Below are positions 17,328-27,358 of a DNA stretch of 64,000 nucleotides, piece by piece. The notes under the pieces were generated by a model. It was not told where the DNA came from and searched no databases. It saw only the letters and a list, made by a program, of their open reading frames with translations. The stretch lies in the NCBI GenBank assembly GCA_049967475.1, contig JBMFSQ010000017.1:1-64000 (forward strand), read 5' to 3'. The stretch's first letter is position 1. Every line of letters begins with the position of its first letter. The DNA comes from Chthonomonadales bacterium (GTDB lineage: Bacteria; Armatimonadota; Chthonomonadetes; Chthonomonadales; CAJBBX01). A program made the position numbers and the translations under genes.

Positions 17328-18125
17328 TCAAGAGTGCGCAACCACCACCGAAGAGCCCACACCAACACCCAACAAACGGGCAGCGGACCCATTGCGCACG
17401 CCGATCTCCAGGCGATTGCTGCTCCCCACGTACGCGACGAGGGACCCGGGTGCAACATCGGCGTAGGTTCGCGAAATACTTGGTATGCGGGCGAACCCAA
17501 CATGCGTTACCAAATCCGCGGGACCCCATTCTTCCTTCAGCCTCTTCAGCTCCTGGGCCCGCAAGTTGGTGATGAGGTTGCCGAAATGGTCTACGTGGAT
17601 TACCTGGGCTTCCACAGCGCCGCCGGTAGTTCGGGGGGACGGCAAGGGGATGGGCGTCAGGCTCGCGAGGGGCTCACCCATTTCTCCCAAATCGGCCCCC
17701 GCGGCCAGGGAGCCCGCCGCCGGAGCGAAGATGTCTCTTCCATGGAATGTTGCGCTCACTGTTACGCGGTGGAAGCGCGGGTTCGTCAGGCTCACGGCGC
17801 GGACCACGGGATCCGCCTCCAAGGCAAGGGTCAAAACGCCGTTATCCGGCCCAACGTAGGTGTGCCGTGTCCCTTGCACGGCAACAGCCGCCCGCTCAGT
17901 CCCCACGCCGGGATCCACCACGGCCACGTGGATGGTGCCGGGAGGGAAACAATCCACGGCGGCCTCGAGGGCCAGCGCTCCGGCCACAACATTCTGGGGC
18001 GAGATCCCGTGGCAAAGGTCTACAATCCTGGCCTTCGGCGCAATGGAGAGGATCACGCCTTTCATGATCCCCGCGTACGCATCTTCCACACCAAAATCTG
18101 TGGTAAGGGTAACGATAGGGCCCAT
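17328..18125 (-). CDS. SAM hydrolase / SAM-dependent halogenase family protein (DUF62)
   Basis: TLTTDFG, VAVVDPGVG, GPDNGVL, TFHGRDIFAP and HVDHFGNLITN motifs. Confidence 0.92.
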   Translation of the reverse strand: MGPIVTLTTDFGVEDAYAGIMKGVILSIAPKARIVDLCHGISPQNVVAGALALEAAVDCFPPGTIHVAVVDPGVGTERAAVAVQGTRHTYVGPDNGVLTLALEADPVVRAVSLTNPRFHRVTVSATFHGRDIFAPAAGSLAAGADLGEMGEPLASLTPIPLPSPRTTGGAVEAQVIHVDHFGNLITNLRAQELKRLKEEWGPADLVTHVGFARIPSISRTYADVAPGSLVAYVGSSNRLEIGVRNGSAARLLGVGVGSSVVVAHS

Positions 18126-18257
18126 GGCTTCCTGCGGTCTTGGTCCCATGGCAAGGGGTTTGCTTCTTTCTTGCCGAATTGTACCCAAATCGAGCCTCGG
18201 GCGGGGGGCAGCGGGCAGCTCTGCTCGGTGCGCCGCCGCCGGGGTGATGGAGGGGAT

Positions 18258-18710
18258 ATGCCGCGCATCGAGCTGGATTTGCACATCAATGCTCCCATAG
18301 AGCGCGTATTCGCCATAGCCAGGGACGTGGAGAAATTTCCGCATTACATGGAAGACCTGCAATCGCTGCGTGTACTGGAACGCAGTCCCGACGGCAGCCG
18401 CACCGTAACCGAATGGGTAGGTCTGATCCGGGAATTCAAGATGACCGTGCGATGGACGCAGGAGGATCGGTGGGACGAGGCCGCCTTCAGGGACGAATTC
18501 CGAATGCTTCAGGGTGATCTGGACCAAATGAGCGGCTATTGGCAATTCACCCCAGCCGATGGGGGAACGCGCTTCGTGTCTGTTGTGGATTATGAGTACA
18601 ACGTGCCGCTCATCGGGCCTATGATCAAGGCCCTCATCAAGAAGAAGATGACCGACAACCTGCGAGCCCAGATGGAGGCGATCAAAGCGCGGGCCGAGGC
18701 AGCATCCTGA
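18258..18710 (+). CDS. SRPBCC/START family protein (polyketide cyclase/Coq10-RatA-like)
   Basis: INAPIERVF..DVEKFP pattern, 150 aa, RBS GGAGGGG. Confidence 0.88.
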   Translation: MPRIELDLHINAPIERVFAIARDVEKFPHYMEDLQSLRVLERSPDGSRTVTEWVGLIREFKMTVRWTQEDRWDEAAFRDEFRMLQGDLDQMSGYWQFTPADGGTRFVSVVDYEYNVPLIGPMIKALIKKKMTDNLRAQMEAIKARAEAAS

Positions 18711-18812
18711 TCCATTCCCTTGAGACCCACCGCGGCGTTGACACGGCGCTGCGGCCGTGATAAACTCCCCCCGCTTCGGCTCTGTAGGCGTTTCGGGGAG
18801 ACTGAGGGTGCC

Positions 18813-21740
18813 ATGCCGCTTCGGTTCAATGCTCCCGTGCCGGTGCTGTTGGGTTTGGCGGTATTGGTGCCGGCCGCGCTGCTCTTTGCGTGGTGGTGCC
18901 ACCGCCACTCCCTAACAGACCTGGCTGCACCCCGCAAGCGTGTGGCCTTTGTGCTGAGGTGTCTCCTCATCATCGTAACCGCGATGGCGGCAGCTCAAAC
19001 GCGATGGTTCACACGCCGCGAAGGCTTCGTGGCCGTATTCGCTGTAGATGTGTCGCGTTCCATCCGCCCGGCAGCTCGAGAAAAGGCGCGAGAGGTCCTC
19101 AAAGAGGCGCTCCAGGCACAACGCCCTGGGGACACTGCCGGCATCGTCACCTTCGCCTCCCACGCCCACGTTGCCGCGCTCCCCTCTCACGCCCCGCCTC
19201 TTCCGGATCTCTCCTCCGAGGACAATGCCGACGCCACCAACATAGCAGAGGCGCTGGACGCCGCCGCGTCTGTGGTACCTCCAACGAGTGCGGGGAAGAT
19301 CGTGCTCGTGTCGGACGGAAACGAAAACGTGTCCTCGGCCCTCTCCCGCGTGCCCGAACTCGCCGCACGCCACATTCCCGTAGACACCGTGCTGCTCCCA
19401 TCTGATCTCCACCGGGAGGCGCTTATAGACCGCGTGGTGGCACCAGCCCGTGTGAAGATTGGGGAACCCTTTACGATCCGGGTGTTTACCTTGGCTCTCA
19501 ACGCGCAGCCGGCAGTGCTCAGCCTGAGGCGTGTAGACCAGCCGGGTGGGGCCGAGCGCAGGGTGCAAATCCCTCCAGGCCGCGGCGTCTTTGCGTTTGA
19601 AGCAAAGGCGCAAAAGCCCGGCTTCTACCGCTTCGAGGCGCTCATGCAAACGGATCCTGGGATGGACACCATCCTGCGCAACAACCGAGGGGAAGCCTTT
19701 GTTCACGTGAGCGGTACTCCCGCTGTGCTGTATGTCGCGAAGGACCCTGCAGCGGTAACGTACCTAAAAAAGGCCCTAGCGCCTTACCATGTGGATCTAA
19801 GATACGTGCCTCCTGCCGCCCTGCCTGCCACGCCGGCTTCCTTCCAGCAATTCGACAGCATCATCCTCTCCGGCGTTGCCCGCGCCGATCTCTCGGACGG
19901 GCAGATGGCCGCCCTTCAGGAAGCAACGCGGGACCTAGGTGTGGGCTTCCTGATGATCGGCGGAGAAGAGAGCTTCGGAGCAGGGGGGTACCGCAATACC
20001 CCTGTGGAAGAGATGCTCCCGGTAAGCCTGGAGATCAAGAAGCAAAAGCGCATGCCCTCGGTGGCTGTAGCTCTGGTGATCGAGGATCTGGAAATCCCCA
20101 CCAGCGTCAACATGTCCAAGGAGGCTGCCAAGGCGATGGTGGATCTGCTGGATCCCATAGACGAAGTAGGCGTGCTGGATTGCGTGGGCTTTGGGGCGGG
20201 AGGTTCGGGAACAGGAGGGCGCTGGCGCATCCCGCTTCAGCACGTTACGGACCGCGCCGCCATCCAACGTTCCATAGACCTGTTGGATAACATGGGTGAT
20301 CCCCCAAACTACGATCCGTTTCTGCTGGAAGCCGCACGGGTGCTTCAACAGAGCCAAGCCAAGGTCAAACACATTGTGTTCCTTGGCGATGGCGATGCCA
20401 TGTGGGAAGCCTCAACGTACGGCATCACGGCAACTCTCCAGCGCATCCGAAATATGGGCATCACGGTCTCCACAGTCGCATCGGGGGCGGATAATCAAGG
20501 CATCGCCTTCATGGCCGCCATCGCCCGCGATGGGGGCGGAAGCGCCTATGTAGCCGACCGCCCGGAGGAACTCCCCCGCATCCTCCTCAAGGATCAACAA
20601 ACCTATTCCGCGCCCCCCATCATTGAAGAGCCGTTCTTTCCCCGCAGGGTGCCGGGAGACGAGCTGGTGGCCAACCTGCCCGCAATGCCCCCGCTCCTGG
20701 GATACAACGTGACCACGCCAAAGCCCACCGCGCGCGTGTCGCTGGTGTCTCATCGGAACGATCCCATCCTGGCCGCTTGGCGGTACGGTCTGGGCCGGAC
20801 CGTGGCCTTCACCTCGGATGACCGGAACCGCTGGGCCGCCCGATGGTTGGGCTGGCAGGGCTTCGCACCCTTCTGGGCAGAAGTCATTCGGTGGACCATG
20901 CGGAGCCTTCCCTCATCGGACTACCAGCCGCGCGTAACTCTGGAGGGCAGCCGGGCGCACATCACAGTGGATGCGGTGGACCGGTCCGGACGCTTCGTCA
21001 ATGGCCTGGTCCTGAAAGCCCGCGTGGTGGGCCCTTCTCCGAACGGTGCAGCGCCTGCGGATCTTGCGGTTCGGCAAACTTCCCCAGGCCGCTACGAAGC
21101 ATGGTTCGACGCACAAGAGCCGGGTGCTTACGTGGTCAATGTGATGCGCGAGCAGCCGGGATCGCCGCCCCAAAGCTCCGTCGTAGCCATGGTCACGCCC
21201 TATCCTCTGGAATACAGGGACGTGCGCTCCAACCCGTATCTGATGACGCAGCTTGCCTCCCTTACCGGGGGCGCGGTCCTCACCCGCCCGGCCGACGCGT
21301 TTCGCTCCAACCGGCCGGCTTCGTACCGCACCGCGGATCTGGTTCCCTTTTTACTGGGACTGGCGCTCTTTCTGCTCCCCTTGGATGTTGCGGTGCGGCG
21401 CCTCAACCTTCGGCGCGAGGATCTGGAGCGGGCGCGGGTCTGGTTGGGAGCCAGGCTCCGCCGCCGAGCGCACGGGCAGCCTCCGATCCCCAGTTTGGAG
21501 CGGCTGCAGACGGCTAAGCGGCGCACCCAACGACCGGTGCTTCCGCAAGAAGAGATGCGGCCCATCCTGCCTACAGAGGGAGCGCGCGGTCCCGGGCAGG
21601 GGATGCGGGAGGATGAGGGGGCCTCCTCGCCATCTGCTTCGCCCCAAGGAAGTTCAGCCGTGGATGCTTCTATGGAGCGCCTGATGGACGCGAAACGCCG
21701 CGCACGGGATAGCGCCCGGCGAACCGGTAAGCGCCCCTAG
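18813..21740 (+). CDS. Membrane protein with VWA, Ig-like and GATase1-like domains
   Basis: N-terminal TMs; MIDAS-like DVSRS...T...SDGNEN; GGEESFGAGGY..TPVEEMLPV; second VWA-like region; WRYGLGR; C-terminal TM. Confidence 0.85.
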   Translation: MPLRFNAPVPVLLGLAVLVPAALLFAWWCHRHSLTDLAAPRKRVAFVLRCLLIIVTAMAAAQTRWFTRREGFVAVFAVDVSRSIRPAAREKAREVLKEALQAQRPGDTAGIVTFASHAHVAALPSHAPPLPDLSSEDNADATNIAEALDAAASVVPPTSAGKIVLVSDGNENVSSALSRVPELAARHIPVDTVLLPSDLHREALIDRVVAPARVKIGEPFTIRVFTLALNAQPAVLSLRRVDQPGGAERRVQIPPGRGVFAFEAKAQKPGFYRFEALMQTDPGMDTILRNNRGEAFVHVSGTPAVLYVAKDPAAVTYLKKALAPYHVDLRYVPPAALPATPASFQQFDSIILSGVARADLSDGQMAALQEATRDLGVGFLMIGGEESFGAGGYRNTPVEEMLPVSLEIKKQKRMPSVAVALVIEDLEIPTSVNMSKEAAKAMVDLLDPIDEVGVLDCVGFGAGGSGTGGRWRIPLQHVTDRAAIQRSIDLLDNMGDPPNYDPFLLEAARVLQQSQAKVKHIVFLGDGDAMWEASTYGITATLQRIRNMGITVSTVASGADNQGIAFMAAIARDGGGSAYVADRPEELPRILLKDQQTYSAPPIIEEPFFPRRVPGDELVANLPAMPPLLGYNVTTPKPTARVSLVSHRNDPILAAWRYGLGRTVAFTSDDRNRWAARWLGWQGFAPFWAEVIRWTMRSLPSSDYQPRVTLEGSRAHITVDAVDRSGRFVNGLVLKARVVGPSPNGAAPADLAVRQTSPGRYEAWFDAQEPGAYVVNVMREQPGSPPQSSVVAMVTPYPLEYRDVRSNPYLMTQLASLTGGAVLTRPADAFRSNRPASYRTADLVPFLLGLALFLLPLDVAVRRLNLRREDLERARVWLGARLRRRAHGQPPIPSLERLQTAKRRTQRPVLPQEEMRPILPTEGARGPGQGMREDEGASSPSASPQGSSAVDASMERLMDAKRRARDSARRTGKRP

Positions 21741-22555
21741 GCAGCAGAAGCCTCGCGAGCGGGGGTGAAGGCCCATGCTCCGTAGCCCACCACCCTGTCT
21801 CTACGGTAGGTGCCTGTGGTGTCGCCGGAGTTGCGCAGGTCCAATCGGTGCACGCGCAGGCCACGCCGCCGGGCCAAGCGGAGGAGGCCTCGAATGGGGA
21901 TGCTCCCGCAGGCGCGGTCGGGAGCGATCTGCGCGGGCGAGAGCTTCTCGATGGCCTCGGCCGTGGCAAGGTCCAACCTCCGCGCCGTGTCATAGTCGTG
22001 ATAATGGCTAAGATCGCTGCTCACCACGATGAGCGTCTCAGGACCGCCCCATACTGCATCCAGCGCAAGTTCCACATCTGCCTCGGTAGTGTCTCCGGCT
22101 ACCAGGGGAACGAGGGTAAAGCGCTCGAGGACCACCTGAAGAAACGGCAGGTGCACCTCGATGCTGTGTTCGCTCGAGTGGGCGCGATCGAAGAACTGCA
22201 CCCCAGGAACTTCTGCCAGGCGCTGATTGGCTGCACCATCCAGGGGAACGCGGCCCAAGGGAGTGTCCCAGTAATCGGCTGAGCTTGCTGCCAGGAAGCG
22301 TATGGGCACGGTATGCGCTGGCCCGACGATCACCACGCGGCGCACCGTGTTCCGCAGGGGAGCGACGCACGCATAGGCATGAGCAGCTACGGGACCGGAG
22401 TAGATGTACCCGGCATGGGGCGCAATGAGGGCTTTCGGAGGGTCATAAAGCGAGCAATCTGCCTCCTTGAGGAGAGCCGTCACCAATCGTTCCAGGTCCT
22501 CCCGGGTTCCAGGATAGAACAGGCCGGCAACGGCTGCCATTCGTGTCCCTGCCAT
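21737..22555 (-). CDS. amrB: AmmeMemoRadiSam system protein B (MEMO1 family)
   Basis: AVAGLFYP, IAPHAGYIYSG, EHSIEVHLPFLQ, SSDLSHY and VVGYGA motifs. Confidence 0.92.
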   Translation of the reverse strand: MAGTRMAAVAGLFYPGTREDLERLVTALLKEADCSLYDPPKALIAPHAGYIYSGPVAAHAYACVAPLRNTVRRVVIVGPAHTVPIRFLAASSADYWDTPLGRVPLDGAANQRLAEVPGVQFFDRAHSSEHSIEVHLPFLQVVLERFTLVPLVAGDTTEADVELALDAVWGGPETLIVVSSDLSHYHDYDTARRLDLATAEAIEKLSPAQIAPDRACGSIPIRGLLRLARRRGLRVHRLDLRNSGDTTGTYRRDRVVGYGAWAFTPAREASAA

Positions 22556-22674
22556 TGCTTGTTCCTCCTCTCTTCCATGCTGCACTGCCCGCAGCGGCCG
22601 GAACGGCGGGGCGCCACCCTCAGAACCCAACGCGAACCGGGTTCGGCGCACGCATCTGCCGCCCGATGTTCGGC

Positions 22675-22920
22675 TTAATCGCTCTGCTGACTAGCGACCG
22701 CCCGGGCAATCTGCTCGTCCTCAGTGCTGTAGCGCAGGCGCAATACCTCGGCGACATCGGCTTCTGTAGCCTCGCTGAGAGGCATATGAAGCCACCGGTG
22801 GGAGCGGTCATCGAAGCGGTCGCACGCGATGGCGCCACCCAAAGTTACGTAGATGCGGTATCGCTTCCCATCATCGCTGAAGAAGCGCAAAGTACTCAGG
22901 TTCGGTCGAACGTCGTCCAC
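22675..22920 (-). CDS. Small hypothetical protein (81 aa)
   Basis: GTG start with GGAGGG RBS; fills an intergenic gap co-oriented with amrB; protein-like composition. Confidence 0.55.
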   Translation of the reverse strand: MDDVRPNLSTLRFFSDDGKRYRIYVTLGGAIACDRFDDRSHRWLHMPLSEATEADVAEVLRLRYSTEDEQIARAVASQQSD

Positions 22921-23185
22921 TCCATCCCTCCATCACAGTGCTTCCTTTGCCGGCGGCGGGCGCATTGTCCGCATACACGGCCCACTTTGGGTGCTCCACT
23001 ATCCTGACGGCCGGCCGAAGCCTGGGAAACGCGCAGGTTCGTGCAACTACCCTATTCCATTACAGGTTTGAGAGCGCTTCTGTTTCATATTGATGGCCCG
23101 GCGTGCTTCGTACTTCGGTTGTGCTCTCGGATCCTGCCCGTTTGGCGAAGGGGCATGGGGGGCAAATCCCGCCGGATTGCACCGG

Positions 23186-24115
23186 TCAAAGCGCAGCAAC
23201 CGATTTGAGTTTCTGAAGTCCCACGCGGGCTACAGTGAGGGCGTCCTGTTTCCAGTAGGTTGGATTGAAGAGCTCCAGGGAGAGTGCGCCCGAGAAACCG
23301 ATCGCACGCAGGATGGCGAACAGTTCTTTGAGCGGCGCGACCCCGTCGCCGGGATACACCCGGTGGCTGTCGTCTATGGTGTCCCGCGGGGGCTGAGCTG
23401 GATAATCGTTGATATGGAGCACCTGCAAGGCGCGTGCATTGAGGAGGCCGAGACCGGTTATGTTGGAGCCGCCTTTGTAGAGGTGGTACACATCGGCGAG
23501 GATGCAGGCTTTGGGATGCGCGCTTTCAATAGCTGCCTCAGCCGCCGCTCCCAAGGTATGCAGCGTCTTGCTGAAGCCCCAAATTTCTATCTGCGGCACG
23601 ACGCCGGTCTGATCCCCCACTTCGAGAAGGGCCCGGTAGCGTTCTGCAATGGCTTCAGGGGCAAGGTCGCTTCGGTCTACTGCGCCCGCAGGAGGCGCGG
23701 CGATGCGCTTTCCCCCGATGGCTGCTACCATCTCCATTTCGCGTTTGGCCTGCGCCAGCGCCTTGTTCCGGCGCACTTCGTCGTCCACGATCCACTCAGC
23801 GAAGCCGATGGCGCTCTCTACCGTAAGCCCATGGTCCACGATGCTCTGCCGCAGTTGCTCGAGGGAGCCGCCGGACCGGACGTGGGCTTCAATCTCTTCG
23901 ATCCACGGTTCGATGCCGTCATAACCCGCCTGTGCGGCGATATCGATTATTTCGAGGAGCGGCAGCTTCTGGCCGCGGATCGTGCTGGTGTTCAGACAGT
24001 ACCGCCAATTGTGGCCGCCTCCGGAGCGCATGGCTCCTTCCGATGCGTCCAAGCCGAGGGCCACGGCCCCCAGGGCTGAGCATTTGCGTATCATCTCTCT
24101 TCTCCCCATCTCCAT
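23186..24115 (-). CDS. Sugar phosphate isomerase/epimerase (xylose isomerase-like TIM barrel), possible Tat substrate
   Basis: LNTSTI, AGYDGIEPW, DVYHLYKGG, HIND, PGDG and SLELFN motifs; N-terminal GRREMI plus hydrophobic stretch. Confidence 0.88.
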   Translation of the reverse strand: MEMGRREMIRKCSALGAVALGLDASEGAMRSGGGHNWRYCLNTSTIRGQKLPLLEIIDIAAQAGYDGIEPWIEEIEAHVRSGGSLEQLRQSIVDHGLTVESAIGFAEWIVDDEVRRNKALAQAKREMEMVAAIGGKRIAAPPAGAVDRSDLAPEAIAERYRALLEVGDQTGVVPQIEIWGFSKTLHTLGAAAEAAIESAHPKACILADVYHLYKGGSNITGLGLLNARALQVLHINDYPAQPPRDTIDDSHRVYPGDGVAPLKELFAILRAIGFSGALSLELFNPTYWKQDALTVARVGLQKLKSVAAL

Positions 24116-24297
24116 AAGCCCGTACCGCCTCACTGGCCTTGCGCAATCGCTGACCCCATGGGTCCTTCCGCGCACGCAACGCCGTTTCCTTCAATCTCGG
24201 GGACATGCCGTACTTTATCTCATGCCGGGCATAGTATACTTCCGGCTGAATGGCGTTTGGCCTGCGGGCCGCACTAGGCCCTGCGGAGGGACACACG

Positions 24298-25086
24298 ATG
24301 ATCTTTGACGGGTTTGACATCAGCGGGCGAACCGCTCTGGTAACGGGCGGCACGAGTGGGCTGGGCCGGGCGATCGCCTTGACCTATGCGCGGTGCGGCG
24401 CCCGCGTGTTCGCTGCCTCCAGGGACCGCGAGCGCGTGGAAGCGATGCGGCGGGAATTGGCCGATATCGGCCCAGGGAATGACGGCCTCCAGATGGACGT
24501 TGCGGAGGAAGCCTCGGTTCAGCGAGGCATCGCGCAGGTGGTCGAAAAATCAGGGCGGATGGACATCCTCGTGAACGCCGCAGGCGTCCTCCACCGATGC
24601 CCCAGTCTGGAGCTGGACCTGGCGGATTGGGAGCGTGTCTTGCGCATCAATCTCACGGGTACATTCCTTTGTTGTCGTGAAGCGGCCCGCGTAATGCGCC
24701 GACAGGAAGAGGGCGGATGCATCATCAACATCGCCAGCATCAGCAGCTTCGTGGGTCTCTCCCACGTGGCAGCCTATGGAGCGTCGAAGGCGGCGGTGGT
24801 GCAGCTTACAAAGTCCCTTGCAAACGATTGGGCGCGGTACCGCATCCGCGTCAATGCAATAGCGCCCGGGGTCTTCCCTACACCCTTGAACCGCCGCTTC
24901 GTGGAGGGTACCGAGCGCGGCCGGTGGTTCCTGCAGCATACTCCCATGAAGCGCTTCGGCATCCCCGACGAGCTTGCCGGCGCCGCAGTGTTCCTCGCGT
25001 CTCCGGCCGCCGGTTTCATCACCGGGGAGACACTCGTGGTGGACGGCGGGCTCCTTGCCTGTGGCGTCCCGGCAGAGCTGGAATGA
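24298..25086 (+). CDS. SDR family oxidoreductase (KduD/gluconate 5-dehydrogenase-like)
   Basis: TGGTSGLG, VNAAG, YGASK and IRVNAIAPG motifs. Confidence 0.92.
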   Translation: MIFDGFDISGRTALVTGGTSGLGRAIALTYARCGARVFAASRDRERVEAMRRELADIGPGNDGLQMDVAEEASVQRGIAQVVEKSGRMDILVNAAGVLHRCPSLELDLADWERVLRINLTGTFLCCREAARVMRRQEEGGCIINIASISSFVGLSHVAAYGASKAAVVQLTKSLANDWARYRIRVNAIAPGVFPTPLNRRFVEGTERGRWFLQHTPMKRFGIPDELAGAAVFLASPAAGFITGETLVVDGGLLACGVPAELE

Positions 25087-25180
25087 GAGGGCGGGTGCGG
25101 ATCTGCATGCATCCTGCAGGAGGGATCCGCGGGCGGAATGTGGAAGGAGGGAACAGATTGCAAGCAAGCGAGGCGGAACG

Positions 25181-26329
25181 ATGTTGTCGGCTGTGGTGGC
25201 AGGGGTTGCTGCGTGGATGCTCATCGGCGGGAACCCCTCTGCGTCAGGGGCAACCTTTCCCGCACCGGCGAGGACGCGCATGATCTATGTGGGCACCTAC
25301 ACTCAGGGCTCTGAAGCAGGCATCTATCGCTTCCGCTTCAATGAGGATACAGGGCAGCTTACGCTTCTTGGCGTGGATCAGAGCGGTCCCAATCCGTCCT
25401 TCCTCGCCCTTCATCCGTCGGGCACCTTTCTCTATGCGGTCAATGAGGCGGGGCTCCCAGGGCCCTACGGCATGGTGAGTGCCTTTCGCGTGGATGCGGC
25501 GACCGGCGCTCTCACCCTCATCAACAGACAATCCTCCCAAGGCACGTACCCCTGCCACCTTGTTGTGGGCCGGGCCGGCCGGCACGTCCTCGCGGCGAAC
25601 TACGGTTCCGGCAGCTTCGTGGTGCTTCCGGTCTTGCCCAATGGCGAGCTCGGGCCGGCGTCCTGCGTCGTGCAGCGCCGAGGATCAGGGCCGAACCCGT
25701 CTCGGCAGGAAGGGCCTCACGCACATTCCATTTACTTGGATGCGGCGCAACGCTTTGCCCTGGGGGCGGATCTGGGCACGGATAGGGTGGTGGTATACCG
25801 CTTCGATGGTGGGGAGGGCCGCTTGCTGCCCCATTCCGAGGCCACGGTTGCTCCGGGAAGCGGCCCTCGGCATCTGGCATTCTCCAAGGATGAGCGCTTC
25901 GTCTATGTGCTCAACGAGATGGCTTCCACCATTGCCGCATTCAAGTACGATGCGCGCGAAGGCACGCTGGCACATCTGCAAACGGTGTCTGCGTTGCCGC
26001 CGGACTTTCACGGCGCCAATACGGCCGCAGAGGTGGAAGTGCATCCCGGCGGCCGCTTTCTTTATGCCAGCAATCGGGGCCACGACAGCATCGCGGTGTT
26101 CCGCATAGACACGGATTCGGGAAAGCTCGTTCCCATAGGATGGCAGAGTACGCAGGGCAAGACGCCGCGCGGCTTTGCCGTAGATCCTACCGGCAAGTGG
26201 CTCATCGCCGCCAACCAGGACACGGACAACCTCGTCGTTTTCCACATCCGCAAGGAAGATGGAAGGCTGGAGCCTGCAGGGCCTCCGGTGAAGGTGGTTC
26301 GGCCCGTGTGCGTGCTCTTCGCCCGATGA
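25181..26329 (+). CDS. Lactonase family beta-propeller (6-phosphogluconolactonase-like), exported
   Basis: YVGTYT, NPSFLA, ANYGSG, RQEGPHAH, GSGPRHL, YASNRG and TPRGF motifs; signal peptide. Confidence 0.92.
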   Translation: MLSAVVAGVAAWMLIGGNPSASGATFPAPARTRMIYVGTYTQGSEAGIYRFRFNEDTGQLTLLGVDQSGPNPSFLALHPSGTFLYAVNEAGLPGPYGMVSAFRVDAATGALTLINRQSSQGTYPCHLVVGRAGRHVLAANYGSGSFVVLPVLPNGELGPASCVVQRRGSGPNPSRQEGPHAHSIYLDAAQRFALGADLGTDRVVVYRFDGGEGRLLPHSEATVAPGSGPRHLAFSKDERFVYVLNEMASTIAAFKYDAREGTLAHLQTVSALPPDFHGANTAAEVEVHPGGRFLYASNRGHDSIAVFRIDTDSGKLVPIGWQSTQGKTPRGFAVDPTGKWLIAANQDTDNLVVFHIRKEDGRLEPAGPPVKVVRPVCVLFAR

Positions 26330-26382
26330 GCATGCGGAGCGGCTCCTCGATTTGAGGGGGCGGCGCAGCAGGCACGGTGTCC

Positions 26383-27357
26383 CTACGGATGCTTCATGTA
26401 CTTTTCTACGTTGGTGCGATCCACCACGGTCGTGTCGGTTTTGATTACCTGCGGAACATGTTCCCCGGAATGAAATCGGGCGATGGTGTCAATCACCTTT
26501 TCGCCCATCTCGTATGGAAACACCACCACCGTGGCCGTGAGGTTCCCGTTCCGAACATCTTCCAGGGCATCGGGATTGCCGTCCAGCCCGATGGTAAAGA
26601 TCTGTTTCCCTGCCTGCTTGGCGGCTTGCGCCGCTCCCTGGGCCATGGCATCGGAACATCCGAACACCAAATCCAGGTCCGGGTATTTCTGCAAGAATTC
26701 CGTGGTTCGGTCGGCACCTTCCTTGCGGAGCCAATTGGCGGATTGTTCGGCCACTACCTGGATTTGGGTACCCTTCAGGGCATCTTTGAAGCCTCCGGCG
26801 CGCTCATCCGTATGGCTGCCTGCGGTGCCGTCCAAAATGGCGACCTTGCCGCGGGCTGTGCCGTATTTGGCCTTGAGGAGTTCTACGGCCTTTTCGCCCG
26901 CCTTACGGCCCGCCTCGCGCTCGTCGTAGCCGATATACGCCTCCACCTTGCCGCCCGGCACAGGCGTAATGGAGTTGTGTACGAAGATGGGGACGTTGGC
27001 ATCGTTGGCTTTCTTCACGGCCTGAACCAGGGCCTCATCATTCACGGCGCAAATGGATATGGCCTTCACGCCGCTTTGGATGGCATCCTGAACCTGGGCT
27101 ACTTGCATGGCCGAGTTGGTTTCCTTGTCCGGTTCGAGGTGGCTAAACTGCCATCCACGCGCCTTCGCAGCCGCCTCGGCGCCTTGAACCAGTTGCTGGT
27201 GGAATACGCTGGTGAGGGCTGGTGAAATCACCACTACCGACATGCTCTCCCCCGCCGATTTTGATGCGGGAGGTGCTCCAGCCGGCTGAGGCTTGGGCCC
27301 ACATCCGAAGAGCACGGCGAGGGAACTCACGCAAAGAAATACACAAGCGCTTCGCAT
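26383..27357 (-). CDS. Sugar ABC transporter substrate-binding lipoprotein (RbsB-like)
   Basis: Lipobox LFGC; ERAGGFKDAL, DAMAQGA and IGLDG motifs. Confidence 0.92.
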   Translation of the reverse strand: MRSACVFLCVSSLAVLFGCGPKPQPAGAPPASKSAGESMSVVVISPALTSVFHQQLVQGAEAAAKARGWQFSHLEPDKETNSAMQVAQVQDAIQSGVKAISICAVNDEALVQAVKKANDANVPIFVHNSITPVPGGKVEAYIGYDEREAGRKAGEKAVELLKAKYGTARGKVAILDGTAGSHTDERAGGFKDALKGTQIQVVAEQSANWLRKEGADRTTEFLQKYPDLDLVFGCSDAMAQGAAQAAKQAGKQIFTIGLDGNPDALEDVRNGNLTATVVVFPYEMGEKVIDTIARFHSGEHVPQVIKTDTTVVDRTNVEKYMKHP

Positions 27358-27358
27358 C

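Noticed and set aside
17328..18710. Halogenase plus polyketide cyclase as a secondary-metabolite cluster
   Set aside because: No PKS, NRPS, ACP or tailoring genes nearby; both families are common stand-alone genes and DUF62 has hydrolase-type residues.
17286..18908. Apparent 474-aa and 526-aa mutually overlapping antisense ORFs
   Set aside because: Each is a short real gene (SRPBCC, DUF62) extended through the other's stop-poor antisense frame.
22921..23185. Possible riboswitch or ncRNA in a 265-bp intergenic region
   Set aside because: Only short GC hairpins; no riboswitch consensus that I could recognise. An Rfam scan would settle it.
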